Part shown: in pieces, positions 29,963-39,598 of the stretch | Layout of the letters: each line of letters opens with the position of its first letter | Numbering within the stretch: the first letter of the stretch is position 1 | DNA from: a virus | Lineage: Duplodnaviria > Heunggongvirae > Uroviricota > Caudoviricetes | Length of the DNA: 64,000 nt | Reading direction: 5' to 3' (one strand) | Virus record (IMG/VR): IMGVR_UViG_3300032335_000499 | Made by a program: the position numbers and the translations under genes | The notes under the pieces: model-generated | Seen by the model: only the letters and a program-made list of their open reading frames with translations | The model's database searches: none | What the model was told of the DNA's origin: nothing

Positions 29963-32407
29963 GTGTCATTTACTATTGTAAGAACAAATGGAACAGTATT
30001 AGCAATAATCCCCGATGGGGATTTAAACACCGATAGCTCTCCTCTATTTTTGCCCGGACGTAATTATCCGGGATATGGTTCAGTAATAGATACTAACTTT
30101 GTTCGCACTCTCGAAAATTATGCATTTACTGCACCGCCTGGAAACGCACTGCAAGGGCAGCTTTGGTACGATACTAGCACTGCTAGCGGCAACATTACTG
30201 GTACTCTAAAGATTTGTCCAGTTGATGGTGAATCAAATGCAGCTAACTGGTATACTATCTTAACTAGTAGTAGTACAACAGATATAGTTGCCGGAAACGT
30301 TACTGCAACCGGTAATGTAGACGCAAACAACTTTAACGCCGGTAACATTATTACTGCTAATCTAGTATCAACTGATTATCTAACAGTAAATGTACAAGCA
30401 AATATTGCAAACGCAAATATTACTGGTAATGCTAATATTGCTAACTTATTAACTGTAAATATTACTACCGGATCTAATGTAACTTCTGGTAATATTACCG
30501 GTGCATGGTCATTAGATGGAACTGTGAACTCAAATGGCAATATTACTGCGTTAGGCTTCAAGTCAGATAACTATCGCTATGCTAATGGTCAATTAATTAC
30601 CTTTGATGCCGCAGCAGGGAACACCGGAGAGATCCAGTTCAACACTAGTGGAATTTTAGCCGCTAGTTCTGATTTTACATTTAATTCGTCAACTGGATTG
30701 GCAGTGGTCGGTAATATAACGGGTGCAAACTTTATAGCAGATTTCGGCGGCGTCTATATTGGTAATGGTTCCGGATTATCTGCTCTCCCTGCTGCAAATC
30801 TTACCGGAACTCTATCCTCAGCTATACAAAGCAACATTACTCATTTGGGTACATTAGCTAGTTTAACGGCAACTGGTAACATTAACACCGCTAATCTATT
30901 TGCTACTGCGGTCAATGCAACTAGTCTGATCGGTACATTAGAAACAGCGGCTCAACCAAACATCACTAGCGTTGGTACACTAACCTCACTTGATGTTACT
31001 GGCAACATTACATCAGGTAATGCTAGTTTAGGTAATTTAGTAACTGCTAACTTTGTGACTGGTACTCTGACAACTGCTGCTCAACCTAACCTCACAAGTG
31101 TCGGTACACTAAGTTCACTAGCAGTTACCGCAAACATCACTGCTGGTAATATCTACGCTAACTCAGGTAGAATTGGGGCTATATTACTAACTGGTACATT
31201 AACTACAGCAGCACAGGCTAATATCACTAGTGTCGGTACACTCTCTTACTTAAACGTTACTGGAGCGATAAATGCGGATACCGTAGCCGGTACGTTTTCA
31301 GGTGACGGCGCCAATATATTTAATATGTTGGGCAGCGAGATTATCGGAGAAGTTGGCTTTGCCGCAGTTGCTAATTCCGTTGATGTAGCAAATGTATCTA
31401 ATATAGGAAACGTTGCACTATTAAATCGTGACGGAAACGCAAGTAACGTTCTATACGGAAATGGGGTATTTGCCTCAGTTGCTGGCGCCGGTAGTAACTA
31501 CGGTAATGCAAATGTAGTATCTCTATTGTCTTCGTTTGGTTCTAATGTAATTTCTACGACTGGAAATGTGACCGCCGGCAATGTCTACGCTAACTCAGGT
31601 ACTTTGGGCGCTTCGCTACTTACCGGAACACTTACTACGGCAGCACAGCCCAACGTTACATCTGTAGGTACATTAACTTCAGCCGCAGTTACAGGCAATG
31701 TCACTGCTGGCAACGTTTATGCTAACTCAGGTACAGTTAGAGGTTCATTATTAACCGGCACAATAACAACTGCGGCACAGCCTAACATCACAAGTCTTGG
31801 TACATTGGTTAGCTTAATAGTGTCAGGTAACATCAATGCTTCAAATGTTTCTGCTAATCATTTCGGTAGCGGCGCCGGACTGTCTAATATTAACGGAAGC
31901 AATGTTACTGGTTTAGTAGCAAATGCAACTTTCGCAACTACCGCAGGAAATATTTCATCTATTCCTTCAGGAACAAAGATGTTATTTGCTCAGACAAGCG
32001 CACCCACTGGCTGGACTAAAGTAACATCTAATGATGATGCTGCATTGAGAGTGGTTTCGGGCGCAGCAGGCAGCGGAGGAACAGTAGGATTTACTACTGC
32101 ATTCAGTGCAACATCAGTTTCAGGAACTACAGGAAGTACCTCACTTTCAGAAGCACAACTGCCAATTCACCGACACTTTGTATCTACTAACGTAGTTAAC
32201 GGTGGCGCACCTTCTTCGGTTAACTCATTAGTTCGTCAACGAACTACTGCCGGGGATAGCGATTATTACTTAGAGGGTACTTCAGCCGAACCTTCAGTAT
32301 TGCGGTCTAGCGCAACGGGTTCAGGAGCAGGACACGATCACACATTTTCTGGTAGCCTTAACTTAGCAGTTAAATATGTAGACGTTATTATAGCGCAGAA
32401 AGTTTAA
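29963..32407 (+). CDS. tail fibre with internal repeats, collar-like domain and HxH tip
   Basis: GTG start after GGGAG; about six GTLTTAAQPNITSVGTL repeats; C-terminal IPSGTKMLFAQTSAPTGW collar-like domain with HRH and HDH motifs. Confidence 0.8.
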   Translation: MSFTIVRTNGTVLAIIPDGDLNTDSSPLFLPGRNYPGYGSVIDTNFVRTLENYAFTAPPGNALQGQLWYDTSTASGNITGTLKICPVDGESNAANWYTILTSSSTTDIVAGNVTATGNVDANNFNAGNIITANLVSTDYLTVNVQANIANANITGNANIANLLTVNITTGSNVTSGNITGAWSLDGTVNSNGNITALGFKSDNYRYANGQLITFDAAAGNTGEIQFNTSGILAASSDFTFNSSTGLAVVGNITGANFIADFGGVYIGNGSGLSALPAANLTGTLSSAIQSNITHLGTLASLTATGNINTANLFATAVNATSLIGTLETAAQPNITSVGTLTSLDVTGNITSGNASLGNLVTANFVTGTLTTAAQPNLTSVGTLSSLAVTANITAGNIYANSGRIGAILLTGTLTTAAQANITSVGTLSYLNVTGAINADTVAGTFSGDGANIFNMLGSEIIGEVGFAAVANSVDVANVSNIGNVALLNRDGNASNVLYGNGVFASVAGAGSNYGNANVVSLLSSFGSNVISTTGNVTAGNVYANSGTLGASLLTGTLTTAAQPNVTSVGTLTSAAVTGNVTAGNVYANSGTVRGSLLTGTITTAAQPNITSLGTLVSLIVSGNINASNVSANHFGSGAGLSNINGSNVTGLVANATFATTAGNISSIPSGTKMLFAQTSAPTGWTKVTSNDDAALRVVSGAAGSGGTVGFTTAFSATSVSGTTGSTSLSEAQLPIHRHFVSTNVVNGGAPSSVNSLVRQRTTAGDSDYYLEGTSAEPSVLRSSATGSGAGHDHTFSGSLNLAVKYVDVIIAQKV

Positions 32408-32414
32408 GGTTGGT

Positions 32415-32732
32415 ATGAAACTAGAGCCAGGTAAATACTGCCCGCTCATTAAAAAAGATTGCATAGGCTTACAGTGTTCTTGGTTTATGTTAGTTAGGGG
32501 TAAGAATCCCCAAACAGGGCAAGATATTGATGAATGGGGGTGTGCTGTGACATGGCTCCCTGTTCTATTAATAGAAAACAGTCAACAGCAGCGCCAAACT
32601 GGTGCAGCAGTTGAAAGTTTTAGAAACGAAGTGGTAAAAAGTGCAGAAGACGTAGCTCAGCGTATGTTACAAAGCACTGAACCAAACGTGATACAAATTT
32701 TTGGCGGTCAAAGCAACCCGCAGTTGCCTTGA
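32415..32732 (+). CDS. Cys-rich fibre-associated protein (putative assembly factor)
   Basis: CPLIKKDCIGLQCSWF...WGC followed by a coiled-coil-like segment; immediately after the fibre gene. Confidence 0.55.
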   Translation: MKLEPGKYCPLIKKDCIGLQCSWFMLVRGKNPQTGQDIDEWGCAVTWLPVLLIENSQQQRQTGAAVESFRNEVVKSAEDVAQRMLQSTEPNVIQIFGGQSNPQLP

Positions 32733-32751
32733 CGGATAATGGTATTATAAT

Positions 32752-32759
32752 GATAAATA
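32752..32759 (+). promoter_or_regulatory. late-promoter-like motif GATAAATA
   Basis: Intergenic, upstream of a GGAG RBS and ATG 32782. Confidence 0.55.
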
Positions 32760-32781
32760 AAATTAACGGAGTGATTTAGAA

Positions 32782-34011
32782 ATGGCATATACGATTGTAA
32801 AAAGTGATGGTAATGTTTTAACTACCATCCCTGATGGTACAATAAACACAACTAGTACCTCGTTAGGTCTACCCGGTCGCAACTATGCAGGATATGGTCA
32901 GGCACTTGATACTAACTTTGTCCATCTGACGGAAAATTTTGCGGATAGCACTGTTCCGCCAAATCCTCTTAGAGGTCAGCTTTGGTGTGATACTAGCGGC
33001 GGCACAGTAGTTATGAAAGTTTGCCCAGCAGACGGCACTACTAATGCTCTTGCATGGTTGACTTTAGCTGCCACTAGCTCAGGCAACGCAACTTCATTCG
33101 GCGCACTTACAGTAACCGGAAACATTACAGCTAACAACATTACAGTCACAAACGAAATTTCAGCAAACTTAGGCACTCTAAGCTTTTTAACTGTTTCAGC
33201 TAATGCTAATATTGCAAATGCTAATATTACTTCAGCAACAATAGGAACTACAACAACTACCGCAATTACTACTGGTTCGTCATCGACTGCCGGTACAATG
33301 ACCGGTGTTTGGACTCACACAGGTTCAGGTACTGCTAATAGTATTAACGGAACTTCAATGTGGGTAACTGGTGGTAACTTAGTAATCACTGGTTCAGGAA
33401 ATATTGGTATCAGAACTGATTATTATTACTACGCAAATGGTTCACCAATCTCGTTTGCAGGTACATATAGCAATACTAACGTTGCATCTTATCTAGCAAC
33501 AGCAAATATTCCAATTTTAACCACTACTACTCAGGCTACTACCCTAACAACCGGTGCTTCTGGCACTGCCGGCACTATCACTGGTAACTGGACACTATCC
33601 GCTAGCTCACGCCTCAACGCTACTTACGCTGACCTTGCAGAACGCTTTGCAGCCGATGATGTATATGATGCAGGTACTGTTGTTCAGCTTGGTGGCACAG
33701 ACGAAATCACTGCTGTTCAATATGAACTTTCAGAAGATGTATTTGGTGTTATCTCTGATACTGCTGCATATTTGATGAATGCGGGAGCAGGTAATGATAC
33801 AACTCACCCGCCGGTCGCAGTATCTGGTCGTGTGCAAGTTAAAGTTACCGGAATTGTTAAAAAAGGTGATCGCCTTGTTAGTGCAGGTAACGGCATTGCT
33901 CGTGCTGCTGGAGCCGGCGAAGCAACACATTTCAATGTCATTGGTAGAGCGTTAGAAGACAAAAATGGTGATGGCATAGGCTCTGTGGAAGCCTTCGTAT
34001 CAATTAAATAA
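32782..34011 (+). CDS. second fibre/spike with C-terminal autoprocessing chaperone-like (peptidase G2-like) domain
   Basis: N-terminus paralogous to the 29963 fibre (LPGRNYxGYG...DTNFV..ENxA); C-terminal YADLAERF...GVIS...PVAVSGRVQVKV...KGDRLVS...VIGRALE. Confidence 0.7.
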   Translation: MAYTIVKSDGNVLTTIPDGTINTTSTSLGLPGRNYAGYGQALDTNFVHLTENFADSTVPPNPLRGQLWCDTSGGTVVMKVCPADGTTNALAWLTLAATSSGNATSFGALTVTGNITANNITVTNEISANLGTLSFLTVSANANIANANITSATIGTTTTTAITTGSSSTAGTMTGVWTHTGSGTANSINGTSMWVTGGNLVITGSGNIGIRTDYYYYANGSPISFAGTYSNTNVASYLATANIPILTTTTQATTLTTGASGTAGTITGNWTLSASSRLNATYADLAERFAADDVYDAGTVVQLGGTDEITAVQYELSEDVFGVISDTAAYLMNAGAGNDTTHPPVAVSGRVQVKVTGIVKKGDRLVSAGNGIARAAGAGEATHFNVIGRALEDKNGDGIGSVEAFVSIK

Positions 34012-34024
34012 TAAGGGAATAACG

Positions 34025-34975
34025 ATGAGTTACGCACAATTTGGTACAGTACAAGCTACTGACTTCAATACACTAGTTGGAGGTAACCCCACTACCACAT
34101 CAGGCACATTGAATGCTGTATGGGCAACAGGTGGCGGCGCATTTGGTTATGGTCAGACTGCATTAGCAAACGTTACTGTTGGTCAATCAGTTGCAGCAAC
34201 CGGACAATGGGCAACGCTAGTTGCTAATACTGCAAGTGCTGCAACTCACCAAGGATCATCAATCACTGCTGTTTCCGCCCCGGTTGCAGGTGGTACTATT
34301 ACATATATTTCAGCTATTCCTACTAACTTAACGACAATCTCTACTAACAAATTGAATGCAGCTACCCAAGGTTCTACAGCTACGAACACTGCAACGTTTG
34401 GTTCAACTTGGTCATCAGCACTAACATTTACTCATACTGCAACGTTTGCTAACGGTGATGCTGCCCGGTACTTCTTTAATTCAGGTGGTCAACTTAAGTT
34501 AACATTTGCTCAACCAACCGGTACGGCAATGGCTAATGCATATAATACATTAGCCGGAGCATGCGGTACGCTAGTAGTATCAGCACCTTCTTCGGGTACA
34601 ATCACTGTTGCCGGCACTTCATATAGTGGCTTCATAAAAATCGGAGGAAGCGGTTCTCCTTCTCCGTACGCTACTAACACTGGTTATTATGCATTAACTA
34701 CATCAAACGCTAACGTGTTCCTACAAACAACCGGTACTCCAGCAGGGTACACGACATCGTTTATTAACGTACTCGTTAAATCAAATGGTACTCAAGGTTC
34801 TAATGGTGATGCCGGCTCAGTAATTACTATCTATTCTGTATGGGATGAAATTCCAAACGGACTTACTGTTACTGCAGGATCTGCTGTCACACTGACCGCT
34901 CAGGCACCCGAATCAACAAACATAGCTAATACTTGGGGCACAATCACCTTAGCCGGTACCGTATCAGGCTCTTAA
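34025..34975 (+). CDS. Thr/Ser/Ala/Gly-rich virion structural protein
   Basis: Composition, position in the tail module and ARYFFNSGGQL motif. Confidence 0.55.
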   Translation: MSYAQFGTVQATDFNTLVGGNPTTTSGTLNAVWATGGGAFGYGQTALANVTVGQSVAATGQWATLVANTASAATHQGSSITAVSAPVAGGTITYISAIPTNLTTISTNKLNAATQGSTATNTATFGSTWSSALTFTHTATFANGDAARYFFNSGGQLKLTFAQPTGTAMANAYNTLAGACGTLVVSAPSSGTITVAGTSYSGFIKIGGSGSPSPYATNTGYYALTTSNANVFLQTTGTPAGYTTSFINVLVKSNGTQGSNGDAGSVITIYSVWDEIPNGLTVTAGSAVTLTAQAPESTNIANTWGTITLAGTVSGS

Positions 34976-34999
34976 TTTTTTATAACCCTATAGTATCCA

Positions 35000-35007
35000 T
35001 CTAAATA
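35000..35007 (+). promoter_or_regulatory. late-promoter-like motif TCTAAATA heading the glycosylation island
   Basis: Intergenic TAAATA core upstream of an AGGAG RBS. Confidence 0.5.
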
Positions 35008-35020
35008 CTTCTAGGAGTAC

Positions 35021-35338
35021 ATGATGGATACTAAGACCTTAATTACCGAAGCAAAAGCTCGTTTTGCTCACAACTCAGCAAAAGATTATCTAAAAGAAAA
35101 GTACAACGCTAAACTGTTAGTAGCAGAGCAGGGCGGTCTATGGCGCGCTGATCAAGAAACTATTGCATTTTTAACAGTAATGCCGAACGGCGGGGACGAT
35201 AAACTTATTCTTATGGATACCTTTGATAACCCAGTGTTAGTAGACCGCAGTGAGCTATTAACTAAATTGAAAGATGTTTATAATAGTGTCATGGCGGAAT
35301 GGTACAATGAGTGGAAAGAGCTAGAAAGCAAAAGATGA
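35021..35338 (+). CDS. hypothetical protein
   Basis: AGGAG RBS; ATGA overlap with the next gene. Confidence 0.7.
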   Translation: MMDTKTLITEAKARFAHNSAKDYLKEKYNAKLLVAEQGGLWRADQETIAFLTVMPNGGDDKLILMDTFDNPVLVDRSELLTKLKDVYNSVMAEWYNEWKELESKR

Positions 35339-36147
35339 CCCGCGGTGTAATAATATTTGCCTTCAATAGTCACAAATATAACTATTATGAAATGGCTAAA
35401 CACGCAGCAAGTCGTGCTAAGCATTTCTTAAATCTACCAGTAACACTTGTGACAGATGAAGACTCCATGCCACCTGGAGAATATGAACACTGGGATAAAG
35501 TAGTAAAGATTAATCCAGACAAGAACAATGTGCGTGACTGGGGTCAATGGATTAATAAAGGCAGATATTTGGCTTATGATTTGAGTCCATATGATGAAAC
35601 TATTCTTATTGACGCTGACTATGTAATCAACTCAGACAAACTATTGAAGACATTTGACATTTACGATGACTTTTGTTGTCATGATAGTGTACGATTTTTT
35701 ATGCGTCAGGGTAATTTTCCCGAGCCACTCAGTCCTAATAGCTATGATGACATTCTGTGGGCAACAGTTATTACTTTTAAGAAAACTGAACGGGCAAAGC
35801 AAATCTTTGAATGTTTGGAAATGATACAGAAGAACTATGAACACTACGAACACATTCATGGGTTCTTGAATGCCGGATTTAGAAATGACTATGCATTGAC
35901 TCTTGCACTAAGAATTGTTAACGGTCATACTGATAACCCTAAAGATTTCATTCCGTGGAATCTAATGCATGTGGGAACAAATACTACAATTTATCCTAAC
36001 AACGAAGGTGAGTTCAATACTGAATACACAATCATGTTTGACAATTGGCAAAAACTCAAAATCAAAAAAGAGTATAATGTTATTAAAGACATGGACTTCC
36101 ATCTGATTAACAAGGATCTTTATGCAAGGATTATTGACAATGGATAA
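35335..36147 (+). CDS. GT-A fold glycosyltransferase-like protein (GT8-like)
   Basis: SPYDETILIDADY (DxD) and RND motifs. Start moved to ATG 35335, which overlaps the upstream TGA. Confidence 0.65.
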   Translation: MTRGVIIFAFNSHKYNYYEMAKHAASRAKHFLNLPVTLVTDEDSMPPGEYEHWDKVVKINPDKNNVRDWGQWINKGRYLAYDLSPYDETILIDADYVINSDKLLKTFDIYDDFCCHDSVRFFMRQGNFPEPLSPNSYDDILWATVITFKKTERAKQIFECLEMIQKNYEHYEHIHGFLNAGFRNDYALTLALRIVNGHTDNPKDFIPWNLMHVGTNTTIYPNNEGEFNTEYTIMFDNWQKLKIKKEYNVIKDMDFHLINKDLYARIIDNG

Positions 36148-36898
36148 GGGTTTTGTAATTATGGCGCAGGGTGATGACTATGTTACTTGTGCTAAAGCAT
36201 TAGAGCTTAGTATAAAGCGAACAATGCCAGATGCAAATGTAACTATCATTACTACTGAAATGCTTCCGCACGGGGATCAAGCTCCGGACCTCATTTGGAA
36301 ACTACAGAATGATTGGCAAGTATATGAAGCATCTCCGTATGAATATACTATCAAGCTTGAAGCAGATATGTATCTCCCTCAATCAATTGATTATTACTGG
36401 GATGTGTTGAAGGAACGGGACATAGTAGTGTCTACTAACATTCGTAACTTTAGGCAGGATATTAGTGATGTTCGTTATTATCGCAGATTTATTGATGACA
36501 ACAACCTCCCCGATACATATAACGCCATTACATATTTCAAAAAGAGCGAACTAGCTGAGAAGTTTTTCAATATTGTACGTGATGTATTTGAGAATTGGGA
36601 AGAGTATAAGCGTATCTTAAAGTGTAAAGTTGATGAACTTTGTACAACTGACTGGGCATATGCTATTGCTGCACATATATTAGGTGCCGAGAACACAACT
36701 ATGCCTCAATTTGATTCAATGACAATGGTTCATATGAAACAGTTTATCAATGGTTCTGCTACTGAAAACTGGACTGATTCGTTGATTCATGAACTGTTTC
36801 CCCATACTTTCCGTATCAATACTATCCCACAAGTGTATCCGGTACACTATCATATAAAGAATTTTGCTAACGTAATATTGGAGAAGTTCGGTGAGTGA
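36140..36898 (+). CDS. glycosyltransferase-like protein, paralog of the preceding gene
   Basis: ASPYEYTIKLEADM, YNAITYFKK and TDWAYAIA align with SPYDETILIDADY, WATVITFKK and NDYALTLA upstream; DxD reads EAD. Confidence 0.6.
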   Translation: MDKGFVIMAQGDDYVTCAKALELSIKRTMPDANVTIITTEMLPHGDQAPDLIWKLQNDWQVYEASPYEYTIKLEADMYLPQSIDYYWDVLKERDIVVSTNIRNFRQDISDVRYYRRFIDDNNLPDTYNAITYFKKSELAEKFFNIVRDVFENWEEYKRILKCKVDELCTTDWAYAIAAHILGAENTTMPQFDSMTMVHMKQFINGSATENWTDSLIHELFPHTFRINTIPQVYPVHYHIKNFANVILEKFGE

Positions 36899-37220
36899 TG
36901 AAGAAGAATATGTAATTGTTTGGGAAGCCCCAGAAATTGTTAAGCCGGAGTTTCGCCTTTACTATGATAAGCGTGGAAGCGTATTATTTTATACTTGTGA
37001 GAAGCCGGAAGGCGATTATATTGTAATTGATGCACTGACTTACGCAGAGTCTAGACCTGATATCAAGGTAGTAGACGGAAGAATTGTTAGAGGCGGTGCT
37101 AGTACACTAAGTTCTAGGCTACATAAAAGCACTGAAGGCACTCTATGCGAAGCTGAAGATGTTAGTATTATTACTGAAGCTAGTGGGCAATACTGGAAGT
37201 TGAAAACGGTCAGTTTATAA
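36891..37220 (+). CDS. hypothetical protein
   Basis: GTG start overlapping the upstream gene, GGAG upstream. Confidence 0.6.
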   Translation: MSDEEEYVIVWEAPEIVKPEFRLYYDKRGSVLFYTCEKPEGDYIVIDALTYAESRPDIKVVDGRIVRGGASTLSSRLHKSTEGTLCEAEDVSIITEASGQYWKLKTVSL

Positions 37221-37250
37221 TTTATAGGGGGTAGTTTCTCCCTATAAATA
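37220..37250 (+). promoter_or_regulatory. inverted repeat containing late promoter TATAAATA (37243-37250)
   Basis: ATTTATAGGG...CCCTATAAAT is a perfect 10-bp stem; exact T4 late consensus 5 nt before ATG 37256. Confidence 0.65.
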
Positions 37251-37255
37251 TATGC

Positions 37256-38200
37256 ATGGACGACATTATTGATATTGCAGACTTGGATTGTATCTATCTA
37301 AGCTACGACGAACCTCAAAAAGAGGAATTCTGGTTAAAGATTAAGAACATGGTTCCCTGGGCTGTCAGAGTAGACGGCGTTAAGGGAAGCGATGCTGCAC
37401 ACAAAGCAGCAGGAGAAGCATCTACTACAGAACGCTTCATTCTCATTGACGGCGACAACATGCCCGATGAGAACTTCTTTAATCTACAACTAGACTTTAC
37501 AGACAAAGACCCTAATTACAAATTAGCGCAGTATCGTTGGAAAGCAGTTAATGCTATCAACGGACTACGCTATGGCAACGGAGGAATGTCGTCCTGGACA
37601 AAAACCTACGTTGCCAACATGAAGACCCATGAGACAAGTACCGGAAGCGATGCTACTGCCGTTGATTTCTGCATGGATTCTTCCGATAATCTATACTGGG
37701 CAATGCACGACTGCTACTCTACAACGTATCCTAACTACACTCCCTTCCAGGCGTGGAGAGCAGGATTCCGTGAAGGTGTCAAGATGGTACTTGATCGGGG
37801 TGCAAAGCCCAGTATAGATGACTTTAAAGAACGGGTTGCTTCACGCAATCTAAACAATCTCACTATTTGGCACAACGTCGGCGCTGATGTAGAGAACGGT
37901 CATTGGGCTATATATGGTGCTAGACTTGGCACGTATATGACTATGCTTACTGATTGGAACTATACTGATGTCATGTGGTTTGACAACTTCCCTGTATTGT
38001 GGGAAGAGCATAAAAGCGGAGATCCATTAATGGGATCAGAGATGTTGGGAGATGAATTAGCAGCTAAACTAGGGTTGCCCATGTGTATTCTTAATCCTGA
38101 ACAGTCAAAGTTCTTTAAGCGTCACTATAACGCAGACAAACATAATCAAGGTCCATTAGTTAAAGAGATGGATGTTATTCGTAAGATTGAGGGCTGGTAA
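37256..38200 (+). CDS. GT-A-like glycosyltransferase
   Basis: IYLSYDEP, RVDGVKG..AAHKAA, FILIDGDN (DxD), AWRAGFREGVKM. Confidence 0.6.
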   Translation: MDDIIDIADLDCIYLSYDEPQKEEFWLKIKNMVPWAVRVDGVKGSDAAHKAAGEASTTERFILIDGDNMPDENFFNLQLDFTDKDPNYKLAQYRWKAVNAINGLRYGNGGMSSWTKTYVANMKTHETSTGSDATAVDFCMDSSDNLYWAMHDCYSTTYPNYTPFQAWRAGFREGVKMVLDRGAKPSIDDFKERVASRNLNNLTIWHNVGADVENGHWAIYGARLGTYMTMLTDWNYTDVMWFDNFPVLWEEHKSGDPLMGSEMLGDELAAKLGLPMCILNPEQSKFFKRHYNADKHNQGPLVKEMDVIRKIEGW

Positions 38201-39598
38201 TTGTCAGAATCAGAAACAGATAGAATTAAAAGAATCCGTGACTTCATTGACGTAAACGCTACGCCAACATTTTGTTTGGCTAAATGGCAGCATGTTACAA
38301 TGTATCTACAGACAGGTGAGACGCATAGTTGCTATCACCCAAAGCCTCACAAGATTCCTTTAGCCGAGTTAAAAGATAACCCAAGCGCATTGCATAATAC
38401 AATGCACAAGAAGCTTGAGCGTAAAGAAATGCTTGAGGGTAAGAAGCCCGAAGGTTGTCAGTACTGCTGGAACATTGAAGCAATGGGCCCTGATTACATC
38501 AGTGACAGACATATTCGCAACGCAAGTATTTTTACAAAGGAACGTTATGAACAAGCCGCAAAGGGACCCTGGGACCAAAACATCAACCCAGAGTATTTGG
38601 AAATTAATTTTGGTAACGAGTGTAATTTTAAATGCGGCTATTGCCATCCGAAATATAGTACAAAGTTCTACAAAGAAATAGAACAGTTTGGTCCCGTTGA
38701 AAATGTAAAGAACCATCGCTGCGATGTTGACTGGATGAAGTTATTTCAGCGTGAAGAAGAAAACCCTTACGTTGATGCATTCTGGGAGTGGTGGCCTGAG
38801 CTACGCAAGACACTAAACATCATGCGTGTTACTGGTGGCGAACCTACACTGCATAAGAGTACATGGCAACTGTTAGACAAAATTGATGAAGAGCCTATGC
38901 CTTGGCTTGAGCTTAACATCAACAGCAACCTAGGCACTAAGAATATTCTTATTGATCGCCTTGCGGTTAAGGTTAGAAAACTACAAGACGAGGGCAAGAT
39001 TAGAACATTCAAGCTGTTTACTTCAATGGATACATGGGGCGAACGGGCTGAGTATATCCGTTCGGGTCTTGAATTAGAGCTATGGGAAAAGAACTTCCAC
39101 ACTTACGTAAGTAAATCTAATAGCCCTATCACGTTTATGATTACGTTTAACATCTTCTCAGTAACCACGTTCAAGAGCTTGTTAGAAAAATTTCTAGAGT
39201 GGCGCAGACAATACGGCTGGGACGAAGAACGTAAGCAGCATATCATTCGTTTTGATACGCCATACTTACGTGACCCAATTCAGTATGATATGAATATTCT
39301 TCCTAAAGAAGAATTCATGCCCTATATGCATGATGCATTAAAGTTTATGGAAGACAATCTTGATGACACTCGTGCAGATGCCTTCAGCACAATTGAATAC
39401 GAAAAATTCAAGAGAGTTGTTGACTATATGGCAGAAACAGTGTATAGTGATGAAAAGCTAATTGAAGGTCGTAGAGACTTTTACAACTGGTTCAATGAAC
39501 TAGACGATAGACGAGAGACAGATATGTTATCTGTCTTTCCAGAAATGATGGATTTTTATAGGTTATGTCAAGAAGTGAATTTGGTTAATCCACTATGA
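38201..39598 (+). CDS. radical SAM protein with N-terminal twitch-like Cys domain
   Basis: CNFKCGYC, TGGEP; N-terminal FC...SC...CQYC; TTG start. Confidence 0.9.
   Translation: MSESETDRIKRIRDFIDVNATPTFCLAKWQHVTMYLQTGETHSCYHPKPHKIPLAELKDNPSALHNTMHKKLERKEMLEGKKPEGCQYCWNIEAMGPDYISDRHIRNASIFTKERYEQAAKGPWDQNINPEYLEINFGNECNFKCGYCHPKYSTKFYKEIEQFGPVENVKNHRCDVDWMKLFQREEENPYVDAFWEWWPELRKTLNIMRVTGGEPTLHKSTWQLLDKIDEEPMPWLELNINSNLGTKNILIDRLAVKVRKLQDEGKIRTFKLFTSMDTWGERAEYIRSGLELELWEKNFHTYVSKSNSPITFMITFNIFSVTTFKSLLEKFLEWRRQYGWDEERKQHIIRFDTPYLRDPIQYDMNILPKEEFMPYMHDALKFMEDNLDDTRADAFSTIEYEKFKRVVDYMAETVYSDEKLIEGRRDFYNWFNELDDRRETDMLSVFPEMMDFYRLCQEVNLVNPL

Noticed and set aside
32729-32751. TTGACG...TATAAT as a sigma70 promoter
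   Set aside because: The spacer is only 11 nt; the adjacent GATAAATA explains the site better.
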